64,000 nucleotides of DNA. Source: an uncultured Chloroflexia bacterium (GTDB lineage Bacteria > Chloroflexota > Limnocylindria > Limnocylindrales > CSP1-4). Numbering within the stretch: position 1 is the stretch's first letter; each line of letters starts with the position of its first letter. This document shows, piece after piece, positions 7,369-17,137 of the stretch. Made by a program: the position numbers and the translations under genes. Location: contig CAWBFV010000004.1 in NCBI GenBank assembly GCA_963788235.1, positions 406,336-470,335 of the forward strand, read 5' to 3'. Below the pieces are notes generated by a model that saw only the letters and a list, made by a program, of their open reading frames with translations, searched no databases and was not told the origin of the DNA.

Positions 7369-9917
7369 ATGACTGCGTCGGCCGTTCCAATGCCACGGCG
7401 CCACATGGGCCTCGACGTGCGCTCGATCGACCGAGGGTGGGAGGTCGCGTCGGCGCTGGCGGCCCCCACGAGTGCGGGCGTTCCGGCGGATCTCGAGTGG
7501 ATCCCCGCGTCGGTCCCCGGCACGGTCGCGGGAGCGTTCCGGGATGCCGGTCGCACGGTGCCCGACGATCTCGACGACCGCGATTGGTGGTTCCGCACGC
7601 GCTTCGAGGCGCCGCCGGCCGAGACCGGCGAGGAGATCGTCCTGCGCTTCGGCGGCATCGCGACGCTCGCCGAGATCCTGCTCGACGGGGAGCGCATCGC
7701 GACCAGCGAATCGATGTTCGCGCCGCTCGACGTCGACGTCACCGATCGCCTGGGTGGTTCGCACGAGCTCGTCATCCGGTGCCTCGCCCTTGCCCCACGA
7801 CTCGCCGAACCGCGCAAGCCGCGTGCCCGCTGGCGCACCGCAGTCGTGGCCGACGGCAACCTGCGCTGGTTCCGCACGACGCTGCTCGGGCGGGCACCCG
7901 GGTTCGCGCCCGGCCCGCCGGTCGTCGGGCCCTTCCGACCGGTCACCCTCGAGCGACGGAGCGGCATCGTCGTCGAGGACCTGCGCGTCCGGGCCCGACT
8001 CGCCGGTGAGGACGGCCGGCTCACGGTCAGTGCGCGCCTCCGCGCGCTCGATGGACGGGCGCCCGAGACGGCCTCGGTCGAGCTCGACGGACCGAACGGA
8101 GCCCACACGACCACGCTCACGATCCAGTGAGGCCGACGGCGCGATCACCGTCCAGGGCGAGCTGATCGTCCCGCGGGTGGCCACGTGGTGGCCGCACACC
8201 CACGGCGAGCCGAACCTGCATTCCGTGCGGTTGTCGATCGGGAGTGGCGACGCCGCGACGTCCGTCGATGGCGGGCGCGTCGGCTTCCGGGCGCTGACCG
8301 CCGGACCGGGCCCGGATCACGACATCGAGCGCGACGGGCTCGCGATCCACGTCGGCGGCGTGCCGGTCTTCGTCCGCGGCGCGGTCTGGACCCCGATCGA
8401 TCCGGTCGGGCTCGCGACATCGAGCACGGACCTGCGGTCGTCGCTGGAGCTGGTGCGCGACGCCGGCATGAACATGCTCCGCATCCCCGGCACCGGCCTC
8501 TACGAGACGGCCGAGTTCCACGATCTGTGCGACGAGCTGGGGATCCTCGTCTGGCAGGACCTGCTGTTCGCGAACCTCGATTACCCGTTCGCCGACGACG
8601 CGTTCCGATCGCTCGTCGATCGTGAGGTCGCCGAGGTCCTCGGCGGCACTCGCCTCGCGGCCGAGCACCGCCGTCATCTGCGGCAACAGCGAAGTCGAGC
8701 AGCAGGTCGCGATGCTGGGCCTCGATCCCGCGCTCGGGCGCGAACCGTTCTACCGCGAGGGGTTGGCCGCCGCAGCGAACGACGCCGATCTCGACGCGGT
8801 GCTGGTCCCGTCCGCCCCGTTCGGCGGCGATCTCCCGTTCCGCCCCGATCGTGGCGTGGCGAACTACTACGGGGTCGGCGGCTATCGACGGCCGCTGTCG
8901 GACGCACGAACCGCGGGTGTCCGCTTCGCGGCCGAGTGCCTCGCGTTCTCGAACATCCCCGATGGGCCGACCGCGGCGCTTGACGATCCCGCGTGGAAGG
9001 CCGGTGTGCCCCGCGATCGTGGCGCGGACTGGGACTTCGAGGACGTCCGCGACCACTATCTCGAGCTCCTCTACGGCGTCGACCCCGCCGCCCTCCGAGG
9101 CGACGACGCCCCGCGCTACCTGGCGATCTCGCGGGCGGTCAGCGGCGAGGTCATGGCCGAGGTGTTCGGTGAGTGGCGCCGCGCCGGATCGCCGAGCGCC
9201 GGCGGGCTCGTGCTGTGGTGGCGCGACGTCGTGCCCGGTGCGGGTTGGGGCCTGGTCGATCGGGATGGCACGCCCAAGACCGCCTATCACCAGTTGCGAC
9301 GTGCCCTCGCGCCGGTCGCGATCTGGACGACCGACGAGGGGCTCGGCGGCATCGCGATGCACGTCGCGAATGACCGCCCGGAGCGCCTCGTGGCGCGGCT
9401 GCGCGTCGCCCTGTACCGCGGCCTCGAGACCCTGGTCGGGGCAGGGGAGCAGCTGCTCGAGGTCGCGCCGCACGGCGCGACCGACCTCGACGTGGAGGCC
9501 GTGATCGGCCATTTCGTCGATGCCTCGTGGGCGTATCGGTTCGGACCGCCCGCACAGGACCTGATCGTGGTGACGCTGGAGGGGCTCGCCGGAGATCCGG
9601 CACGACCGATCAGCCAGGCATTCCGCTTCCCCGTCGGCCGCCCGTCGGCGGCCGAGACGGCAGCGTCGCTGGGTCTGGACGCGGCCGTCCTCGAACAGCG
9701 CGCGGACGGGACGACACTCGAGATCCGGACGCGCCGGCTTGCCCATGGCGTCCGGTTGGTGGCGCCCGGGTTCACGCCCGAGGACGACGCCTTCTCGGTC
9801 GAGCCGGGCCACGCCCGGTTGATCGACCTCCGCCCGACCGCATCGGGAACGCCGTTCCGAGGCGCCACCCTGACCGCCGTCAACCTCGACGGCGCGATCG
9901 AGATCGACGCGCGATGA
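7369..9917 (+). pseudogene. glycoside hydrolase family 2 (beta-mannosidase-like) protein, readable only across two frameshifts
   Basis: Three collinear pieces lie in three frames. Piece 1 runs 7369/7405-8130 (WEVA...VPGTVAGAF...DWWFRTRF...LRFGGIATLAEILLDG). Piece 2 runs about 8125-8650 (ATWWPHTHGEPNLH...MLRIPGTGLYE...VWQDLLFANLDYPF). Piece 3 runs about 8640-9917 (VICGNSEVEQ...RFAAECLAFSNIPD). Together they give about 850 aa with both catalytic Glu contexts present. The shifts are near 8125 and 8645. Confidence 0.8.
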
Positions 9918-11746
9918 CCGACCGACGCAGCCTGCCGCAGGCCCGCCCGATCTATCTCGGCACGGGCGTCGACGCGGCGTTCGCGATGTATCACGCGGTC
10001 GCCGACGGCGTCGTTCCGGGCGTCGCCGTGCTGATCGCCCCACCGTGGGGCTGGGACGACGTCAGCTCCTATCGCACCCGACGGACATGGGCCGACGACC
10101 TGGCCGAGGCGGGTCACCCGACGCTCCGGATCGACCTTCCTGGCACCGGCGACAGCGGCGGGACCGCGTCCGATCCGGATCGCATCAAGGCAGCGACCGA
10201 CGCGATCGCGGCCGGCGTCACGTGGCTCCGCGCGACCTCCGGCTCCGAACGGGTCGCAGTGCTCGGTCTCGGCTTCGGCGGGATCGTCGCCGCATCGTCG
10301 CTCGCGTCTGGCGCATCGATCGACGACCTCGTCCTCTGGGCCGTGCCCGCCCGCGGCCGCGGGCTGGTCCGGCAGCTTCGGGCGTTCGCGGGCCTCCAGG
10401 GCTCGCGCTACAGCCTGAGCGGTGAGCCCGAGCCCAGCGTGCTGCCGGACGGCTGGCTCGAGGTCAACGGCTTCGTGCTCTCGGCCGAGACGATCACCGC
10501 GCTCGAGGCGATCGAGCTCACCGCGCTGCCGGCGCACGGCCTCGGGCGCGTGCTGCTGCTCGACCAGGACGGGATCGCCGTCGATCCGAAGATCGTCGAG
10601 CACTTCACCGAGGCAGGTGCCGAGGTCACGGTCCGGCCCGGTCCCGGCTGGGGCGCGATGACGTTCCACCCCGAGCGCCCGTCGGTGCCGACGGAGGTGC
10701 TGGCGACGGTCCGTGGCTGGCTCGCCGACGCACCAGCACAGGTCACGGCGCTGCGGCCGGTGGCTGCCCTGCCCGACGCCGGTCCCGACCTGGACCAGAC
10801 GGTCGACGGCGTCGTCGTCCGCGAGACACCGATCGTGATCGACGGGCCGTCCGGCCAGCTGTTCGGGGTGCTGACCCGACCGGCCAACGGCCCGAGCGCG
10901 GCGCTCAGCGGCGTCTATCTGAACGCCGGCGCCGTTCGGCGGATCGGGCCGAACCGGATCTGGGTCGACACCGCCCGCCAGTGGGCGGCACGCGGCGTCG
11001 CGACGTTGCGCATCGACCTCGAGGGGATCGGTGACTCGGACGGCGACGAGGAACGCTACCGCGACGTCGCCCAGTTCTACGTGAACGACGACGTGGCGGT
11101 GCAGATCCGCGGCGCGATCGATGCGCTGGTGAACCGCGGCCACGGCTCACAGATCGTGCTGGCCGGCCTGTGCGCCGGCGGGTTCTGGGCGTTCCGCGGG
11201 GCGGGTCTCGACGATCGGGTGCGCGCCGCCTACCTGCTGAACCCGGGCGCCCTCGACTGGTACGCGGACCTCGTCGAGGTCCGTCGCGCGGCCCGCCTGC
11301 AGCGGCTGCGGCACTGGGCGTGGTGGCGACGGATCCTCTCCGGTGGCGTGCCGATGCGGAGCATGCGCGAGGTCGCCGGGGCGGTCGCCCGCCGCGTCCG
11401 TCGCACGATCTTCGGCCTGCCGCGGCGCGTCGTTCACCGGCGTTCGGCGGTGGGCGATGCCGGCGCGTCCTCCTCGGCGATCCTCGATCGGCTGTCCGCG
11501 TCGGGGACGACCGTGGTGATGGCGTTCTCCACCGACGAGCCGCTCTACCTCGAACTGGATCGCAACGGGTTCCTGGCCAAGGCCCACCGCTGGCCGACGC
11601 TGCGCCTCGAGCGCCTGCCCGGTCGCGACCACACCCTCCGCCCCGTCAGCGCCCAGCGAGCAGCCCGCGCGCTGCTCGATCGTGAGATCGACCGTGAGCT
11701 CGGCCGCCAGGTCGCGCGCATCACCCAACCAGCGAGGTCTGCCTGA
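9914..11746 (+). CDS. tandem (two-domain) alpha/beta-hydrolase-fold protein
   Basis: The ATG at 9914 overlaps the GH2 stop (ATGA), giving 610 aa. Two homologous halves: HPTLRIDLPGTGDSGG...VAVLGLGFGG and VATLRIDLEGIGDSDG...IVLAGLCAGG. Confidence 0.7.
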   Translation: MTDRRSLPQARPIYLGTGVDAAFAMYHAVADGVVPGVAVLIAPPWGWDDVSSYRTRRTWADDLAEAGHPTLRIDLPGTGDSGGTASDPDRIKAATDAIAAGVTWLRATSGSERVAVLGLGFGGIVAASSLASGASIDDLVLWAVPARGRGLVRQLRAFAGLQGSRYSLSGEPEPSVLPDGWLEVNGFVLSAETITALEAIELTALPAHGLGRVLLLDQDGIAVDPKIVEHFTEAGAEVTVRPGPGWGAMTFHPERPSVPTEVLATVRGWLADAPAQVTALRPVAALPDAGPDLDQTVDGVVVRETPIVIDGPSGQLFGVLTRPANGPSAALSGVYLNAGAVRRIGPNRIWVDTARQWAARGVATLRIDLEGIGDSDGDEERYRDVAQFYVNDDVAVQIRGAIDALVNRGHGSQIVLAGLCAGGFWAFRGAGLDDRVRAAYLLNPGALDWYADLVEVRRAARLQRLRHWAWWRRILSGGVPMRSMREVAGAVARRVRRTIFGLPRRVVHRRSAVGDAGASSSAILDRLSASGTTVVMAFSTDEPLYLELDRNGFLAKAHRWPTLRLERLPGRDHTLRPVSAQRAARALLDREIDRELGRQVARITQPARSA

Positions 11747-12342
11747 TGGTCCTGCCCGAGCCGATCCGGCGAACCGGTGACGATCCGGACATCGATCGGG
11801 AGCTGTTCCGCCGCGCGTTCCGGCGCCATGCCGCGACCGTCACGGTCGTCACGTATCGGGACGCCACGGGGCAGCCGCGGGGCATGACGGCGACCTCGGT
11901 CACCGCGCTGTCGGCCGATCCGCCCTCCCTCCTCGTGTGCATCGACCGGGCGACCAGGACCCACGAGGAGGTCATGCACGAGCGGCGGTTCGGCGTCGAC
12001 CTGCTCTCGGTGCACCAGCGCAAGATCAGCGTCCACTGCGCTCGACCGGGTGCCGACAAGCGCCTCCACGACGCGTGGCTGGCGCCCGATGCGTCGCCCG
12101 GCGCCCCGCCGCGCCTGGCTCGCGCGGTCGCCCACCTCGAGTGCACGATCGAGTCGGCCCTGGACGCGTTCACGCACACCGTGGTCGTCGGACGGATCCG
12201 CTCGATCTGGCTCAATCCGCTCGATCCGACGCCGCTGCTGTACCACGAGGGCGACTACGGTCGGCTCGGTGACCGCACGCTCGTCGACGCCCGGTTCGTG
12301 ACGCCGCTCGACCTCTACGATCCGCGCGACGACGAGGGCTGA
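11746..12342 (+). CDS. flavin reductase-like (FMN-binding split-barrel) protein
   Basis: 198 aa whose start overlaps the preceding stop by 1 nt (TGATG). FRRAFRRHAATVTVVTY...GMTATSVTALSADPPSLLVCI is typical of NAD(P)H-flavin reductase domains. Confidence 0.85.
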   Translation: MVLPEPIRRTGDDPDIDRELFRRAFRRHAATVTVVTYRDATGQPRGMTATSVTALSADPPSLLVCIDRATRTHEEVMHERRFGVDLLSVHQRKISVHCARPGADKRLHDAWLAPDASPGAPPRLARAVAHLECTIESALDAFTHTVVVGRIRSIWLNPLDPTPLLYHEGDYGRLGDRTLVDARFVTPLDLYDPRDDEG

Positions 12343-12349
12343 GCGCGGC

Positions 12350-14940
12350 TCACGGCTGCAGGGTCAGCGTCGCGACGGTGGCCTTCGCGATCGCGTCCCT
12401 GGTGAACGGCAACGGCAGCGTTTCGCCGGTCCGCCACGGCTCGATCTGGTCACGGTAGTGCGCGTCGAACGGGTTGCCGGCCTGGCCCGTCGTGATGACG
12501 ATGCGGGCGCCGTCGAGGTCGGTCATGTCGATCGTCAAGCGGTATGACGGCAGGTTGGTGACGCTGAACAGCGTGTCGATGCCGGCGACCGGGGCCGTCG
12601 GGTCGTCCGGGTCCGGGTACGCCCGCCTGAACTGGTAGTAGGTGTTGTCGACGGCGCCGGCCGCGCCGCCGACCGCCACGGGACCGGCGTTGAAGTACGA
12701 CTCCAGCGGGGCGATGCCGCTGGCGGTGCCGATCGTCGCCTCCCGGAACGTCGCGCTGTGCAGGCGTCCCCACGTCCAGCCGTCCGGCTCGCCGAGCGCG
12801 GCACGCAGCTCGGCGCCGGCCTGGTCCATGGCTCGGGCGATGATCTCGGGCGCGGTCTCGCGAACGTCCGGTGTCGAGACGTCGTCCCAGAGATCCGCCC
12901 CGGGTTCCTGGAGCAGGTTCGTCAACGCGACCCAGCTCGAGGGGCTCCCGACGTAATCCCGGGCCAGTCCGAGCAGGTCGTCGTCGAAGATCCCGCGCAG
13001 GACGCGATACTCCCAGGCCATGTAGGCAGCGCAGCCGAGACTGTCGGTGCCACACGCTCCCTCCCAGTCTGCGATCCGCGCGGAGATCAGTTCGCCGTCC
13101 GCCGTCGCCGGCTTGGCGTCGCCGAGCATCAGCACGATGTCGCCGGCGCGCGGGATCACGGTGTCGTTCTGGATCGCGCCCATCTCGGCCTGCGTCAGCC
13201 CGTCCTGGGCGCGCACGTTGATCTGGTCGATGATCCGCTCCGCGCGATACCCGGGATCGAAGTCGTTGCCGATGAACCGCGGGTCGCCCGGATCGAGCGG
13301 GCTGTTGTTGGCGCTCACGATCCAGCCGTCGACCGGGTCGAAGGCGGTGGGCAGCTGGTCGAACGGGATGCGCCCGGTCCATTCGCCGGTGCCGTCGGAG
13401 CCGGACACCGGGCGCAGGCCCCGATCCGCGGGATCGGAGCGGATGGGGATGTACCCGGACAGCTGGTAGCCGATGTGACCGTCGACGTCGGCGTACACGA
13501 AGTTCTGGGCCGGCGCGACGTAGCCCTCGAGCGCGGCACGGAACGACGCGAAGTCGGTCGCGGTGTTCACTCGCAGGAACGCCTCGACGCGTCCGGTCGG
13601 GACCCACGGCAGGGTTCGTGGCCGTCCAGCGCAGGGCCATCAGGGGCGCGTTGGCCAGTCGACTGTCGACGTCGTTGAGGATCGGGCCGTGGACGGTCTC
13701 GCGGACGGTCAGGTCGACCGCGTCGCCGCCCGACACGAGGATCCCCTCCACGCGCGTCGTGAACGGTAGTGACGTCCCGTCCGGGCCGAGGTAGTGCGTC
13801 GGATCGGCCGGATCGACCGTCTCGATGACGAGGTCCTGGACGTCGGGTTCGACGTTCGTCACGCCCCACGCGATCCGGGCGTTGTGTCCGAGCACGACGC
13901 CCGGCACGCCGCCGAACGAGACGCCGACCTCGTCGTACGGGCAGCTCTCAGTGACCTCGCGGCAATGCAGGCCGTTGATGTACCAGACCGACGGCATCGA
14001 GATCCCGAGGTGTGGATCGTTGGCCAGCAGCGCCCCGCCACTCGTCGACAGGCTCGGGGCGACCACCCAGTCGTTCGAGCCGATGCCGTGGTCGGAGGCG
14101 AGCGCGCCGTCCCCGGTCGAATCGAAGCCGGCGAGGGCGAGGGCACGACCGCCGAGCCCGGCAACGCTCCGCCAGGCCGCCTCCTGGGTCGCGGCTGAGC
14201 GCGGGCCGGGCCGCCGTCCTCGCGCGAGGGTCGCCGCCGTCGACCACGTCAGCCGCCGGTGGCTCCTCGGCATCCGGTGCGGGCACGATCACCGGCCCGA
14301 ACTCGCGGGTCGGGAAGAGCGAGTCGGTCAGCGCCGGGTCGACCAGCCGCTGATCCGCGAAGAACCGGAAGAGCTCGGCGTCCATGTTCCCGCCGAGGTT
14401 CCAGGCCTGGAGCTTCTCGAAGGCCAGCGTGTCGAGCACCGACCACGGTTCGGGCTTGTCGCCGGTAACGATGAACGCCATGCCGAGGTTGTTGCGGTTG
14501 GCGTCGAGCCAGGCATTCACGCCGGCCGCGTACGCCTCGAGCACCGATCGCGTCTCGCTGCTCAGCGCGGCGAGGTCGCGTTCGGCGGCCTGCCGCCAGC
14601 CCAATGTCCGGATGAACCGGTCGGTGTCGAGGGAGCCCTTCCCGAACACCTCGGCGAGCCGGCCGGAGGTGATCCGTCGCCACACCTCCATCTGCCACAT
14701 GCGCTCCTGGGCGTGCACGTACCCCTGCGCCATGAACAGGTCGCGTGGCGTCGAGGCCGTGATCTGGGCGATTCCGCTGGCGTCGCGTTCGATGGTGACC
14801 TGATCCTGCAGCCCGGGTACCTGCAGGGACCCGGTCGTCTGGGGGTGGGCTCGAAGCGTGATCCAGGCGATCCCACCGGCCCCGACCACGACCGCCAGCA
14901 GCACCACGAGCAGCAAGCCGACGATGACCTTCCTGATCAC
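12350..14940 (-). pseudogene. penicillin acylase / N-acyl-homoserine-lactone acylase family (Ntn hydrolase), readable only across two frameshifts
   Basis: N-terminal piece 14940 to about 14200: signal/TM MIRKVIVGLLLVVLLAVV, then ...MAQGYVHAQERMWQME. Middle piece about 14200-13620, with the Ntn nucleophile context GIGSNDWVVAPS...LANDPHL. C-terminal piece about 13620-12350. Collinear, about 860 aa in total. Confidence 0.8.
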
Positions 14941-14953
14941 CGGTGGCTCGCCG

Positions 14954-15994
14954 TCACGGAAGCAGCGTGCCGAGCCCGGCGGCCTCGGCGCGGCGCACGA
15001 TCGCGTCGCCGAAGATCACGTCGGCGAGCCCGACCCCGAGGTGCGTGACGACCACCCGTCCCGATGGCGGCCGCGGCGTGCCATCGAGGATCGCCTCACC
15101 GAGGGTGGCTCCGGGATCGGGATAGTCGTCGAATTGGCCGGCGTCGCGATTGGCCAGGAACTGCCCGCGATCGTCGACGAGGAACAGGGCGGCCTCGCGT
15201 GCGACCGCGGCCGAGACCATCGTGGCGTAGTCGACCGCGACGACCAGCGCGTCGGCCGCCAGCCACGTTGGGTCCATGACCTGGCGCCGGGCCGGGTCCG
15301 CGAACGAGGCGACCGTGATCACCACGTCAGCTTCCCGGCTGGTTTCCTGCGCATCGGTCGAGGACGTCGCCGACGCGATGCCGGCCGTGCCGCGGGCCAC
15401 CTCGGCGAGTGCCGCGGCCCGTTCTGGGTGACGGTCCACGATGGTCACGCGAGCGCCCGGCAGCACGTTGCCGATGACCTCGAGATGGCTGCGGCCCTGT
15501 ACGCCGGCGCCGATGATCGCCACGCGCGCAGCGTGATCGGCCGCACCCGCGGTGGCCGCCGCGATCGGCCCGAACCGGGCGATCGCCACACCGGACACGG
15601 CGGCCGTCCGTTCCGCCGTGATCGGGCCACCGTCGAGGATCGCGCGCGGCGTGCCGGTGCCCGGGTCGCTGAGCACGACCACCGCGTGGATCGCGGGCAA
15701 CCCGGCGGCCCGGTTGGCAGCGAACCCGGTGACCCACTTGATCCCGAGCAGGTCGCGATCGGTGCGGTCTCCGGCGGATCCGGCGGACCCGGGGGTCCCG
15801 GCTGGTCGGAGGGCGGCCGGCATCGCGTGGGCGAACGAGCCCGCGGGACGCGGATGCACGCCGATCTTCGGCGGGAGCTCCGCATCGGCGACCAGCGCGA
15901 TCATCGTGCGCTCGGCCAGGTCGAGGCGTTCCGCGACCGGTGGCATGGCCGCCACGACGTCGGCGGCGGAGAGGTAGCGGATCGTCGAGCCCAT
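14954..15994 (-). CDS. ornithine cyclodeaminase / mu-crystallin family protein
   Basis: 346 aa. ...LLGIKWVTGFAANR...ITAERTAAVSGVA...VAIIGAGVQGRSHL... gives a Rossmann motif and OCD-family layout. Confidence 0.85.
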   Translation of the reverse strand: MGSTIRYLSAADVVAAMPPVAERLDLAERTMIALVADAELPPKIGVHPRPAGSFAHAMPAALRPAGTPGSAGSAGDRTDRDLLGIKWVTGFAANRAAGLPAIHAVVVLSDPGTGTPRAILDGGPITAERTAAVSGVAIARFGPIAAATAGAADHAARVAIIGAGVQGRSHLEVIGNVLPGARVTIVDRHPERAAALAEVARGTAGIASATSSTDAQETSREADVVITVASFADPARRQVMDPTWLAADALVVAVDYATMVSAAVAREAALFLVDDRGQFLANRDAGQFDDYPDPGATLGEAILDGTPRPPSGRVVVTHLGVGLADVIFGDAIVRRAEAAGLGTLLP

Positions 15995-16059
15995 CGCCGT
16001 CCGAGTCTAGGTCACGGTCGACGCCGCTTCCGGCCGACCGCGGGTACGATGCGTCGGCC

Positions 16060-16374
16060 ATGGCGGATCCGAGCGCCCTCCGGGCGCAGCTGATCGACGA
16101 AGGACTCGAACCCGGCGCGTGGTCGAACGGGCCGGGCGAGCGGTACGCGGCGCACGAACATGCCTACGACAAGGTCATCGTCGTCACCGCCGGCTCGATC
16201 CGGTTCGGGCTGCTGCACGGCTCCATGGACCTTGGCGAGGGCGATCGCCTGGAGCTGCTCGCGGGCACCTCCCACGATGCGGTCGTCGGTGGCTCGGGCG
16301 TGACGTGTCTCGAGGCGCACCTCCCAGCGGGGGCGTTGCCACGCACGTCCGTGCGTGGAGCCGGATCGTGGTGA
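16060..16374 (+). CDS. cupin domain protein
   Basis: The internal ATG at 16060 gives 104 aa: ...YAAHEHAYDKVIVVTAGSIRF...GDRLELLAGTSHDA, a cupin-like two-His/one-Glu pattern. Divergent from the OCD gene. Confidence 0.6.
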   Translation: MADPSALRAQLIDEGLEPGAWSNGPGERYAAHEHAYDKVIVVTAGSIRFGLLHGSMDLGEGDRLELLAGTSHDAVVGGSGVTCLEAHLPAGALPRTSVRGAGSW

Positions 16375-16417
16375 ACCGACCGTTCCGAAACCGCCGGACG
16401 CCAGTCCGGCGTATCCG

Positions 16418-17119
16418 ATGACGAGCGCCGACCGGGGGTCGAGTCCCGACGCGGCCCTTGTCCGGGCGGTCGCATCGGGTTCGCACGATGCCCTGGCGGC
16501 GCTCTACGACCGGCATGCCGACGCGGTCTTCGCATCGGCCAGCCGGTTGACGTCGGATCGAGGGATGGCTGAGGACGTCGTGCAGGAAACCTTCCTGGCG
16601 CTGTGGGATCGCGCCGAGACATTCGACCCGTCGATCGGCTCGCTCGCCGCCTGGTTGCACACGATCGCGCGCAACCGGACGGTGGATCGACTCCGGGCGG
16701 CCGGCCGCCGCCCGAACCTCGTCTCGCTGTCCTCTGCCGCGTCGAGCGGCAGTGCCTACGGCGGTTCCGAGGAGGTCGACGCCGACGCTCTCGAGCGGGT
16801 GCTGGCGGGTGGCGCGCTCGTCGCGGGCTCGGTGCCCCCACCGTCGCCGGAACGGGAGCTTGCGCTGCGCGAGCTTCGAGGCGCGCTCCAGGCCGCGCTC
16901 AACGGCATGCCCGAGCCCGAGCGCATCGTCATCGTGATGGCCTACTCGGAGGAGCTCTCGCAATCGGAGATCGCCGAACGGCTCGGCTGGCCGCTCGGCA
17001 CCGTCAAGACCCGCACGCGCCGTGCCCTGCGTCGCCTCCGCGAGGTGCTGGGCAGCGGCGTGGGCCCCGAATTCACCAGGTACCTGGCACCGGCCGAGCT
17101 GGCCGGGCCTGATCGCTGA
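16418..17119 (+). CDS. ECF (sigma-70 family) RNA polymerase sigma factor
   Basis: Region 2 (DVVQETFLALWDRAETFDP...WLHTIARNRTVDRLR) and region 4 (LSQSEIAERLGWPLGTVKTRTRRALRRLR). The start could be GTG 16355 or ATG 16418. Confidence 0.9.
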   Translation: MTSADRGSSPDAALVRAVASGSHDALAALYDRHADAVFASASRLTSDRGMAEDVVQETFLALWDRAETFDPSIGSLAAWLHTIARNRTVDRLRAAGRRPNLVSLSSAASSGSAYGGSEEVDADALERVLAGGALVAGSVPPPSPERELALRELRGALQAALNGMPEPERIVIVMAYSEELSQSEIAERLGWPLGTVKTRTRRALRRLREVLGSGVGPEFTRYLAPAELAGPDR

Positions 17120-17137
17120 CCCGTCACAGGAAGGTCG

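Noticed and set aside
6065-7372. 435-aa ORF in the + strand overlapping the ligase and DUF1839 genes.
   Set aside because: It is an extremely Arg/Pro/Ala-rich translation with no motif content. It is an alternative frame of two ORFs that have clear family signatures.
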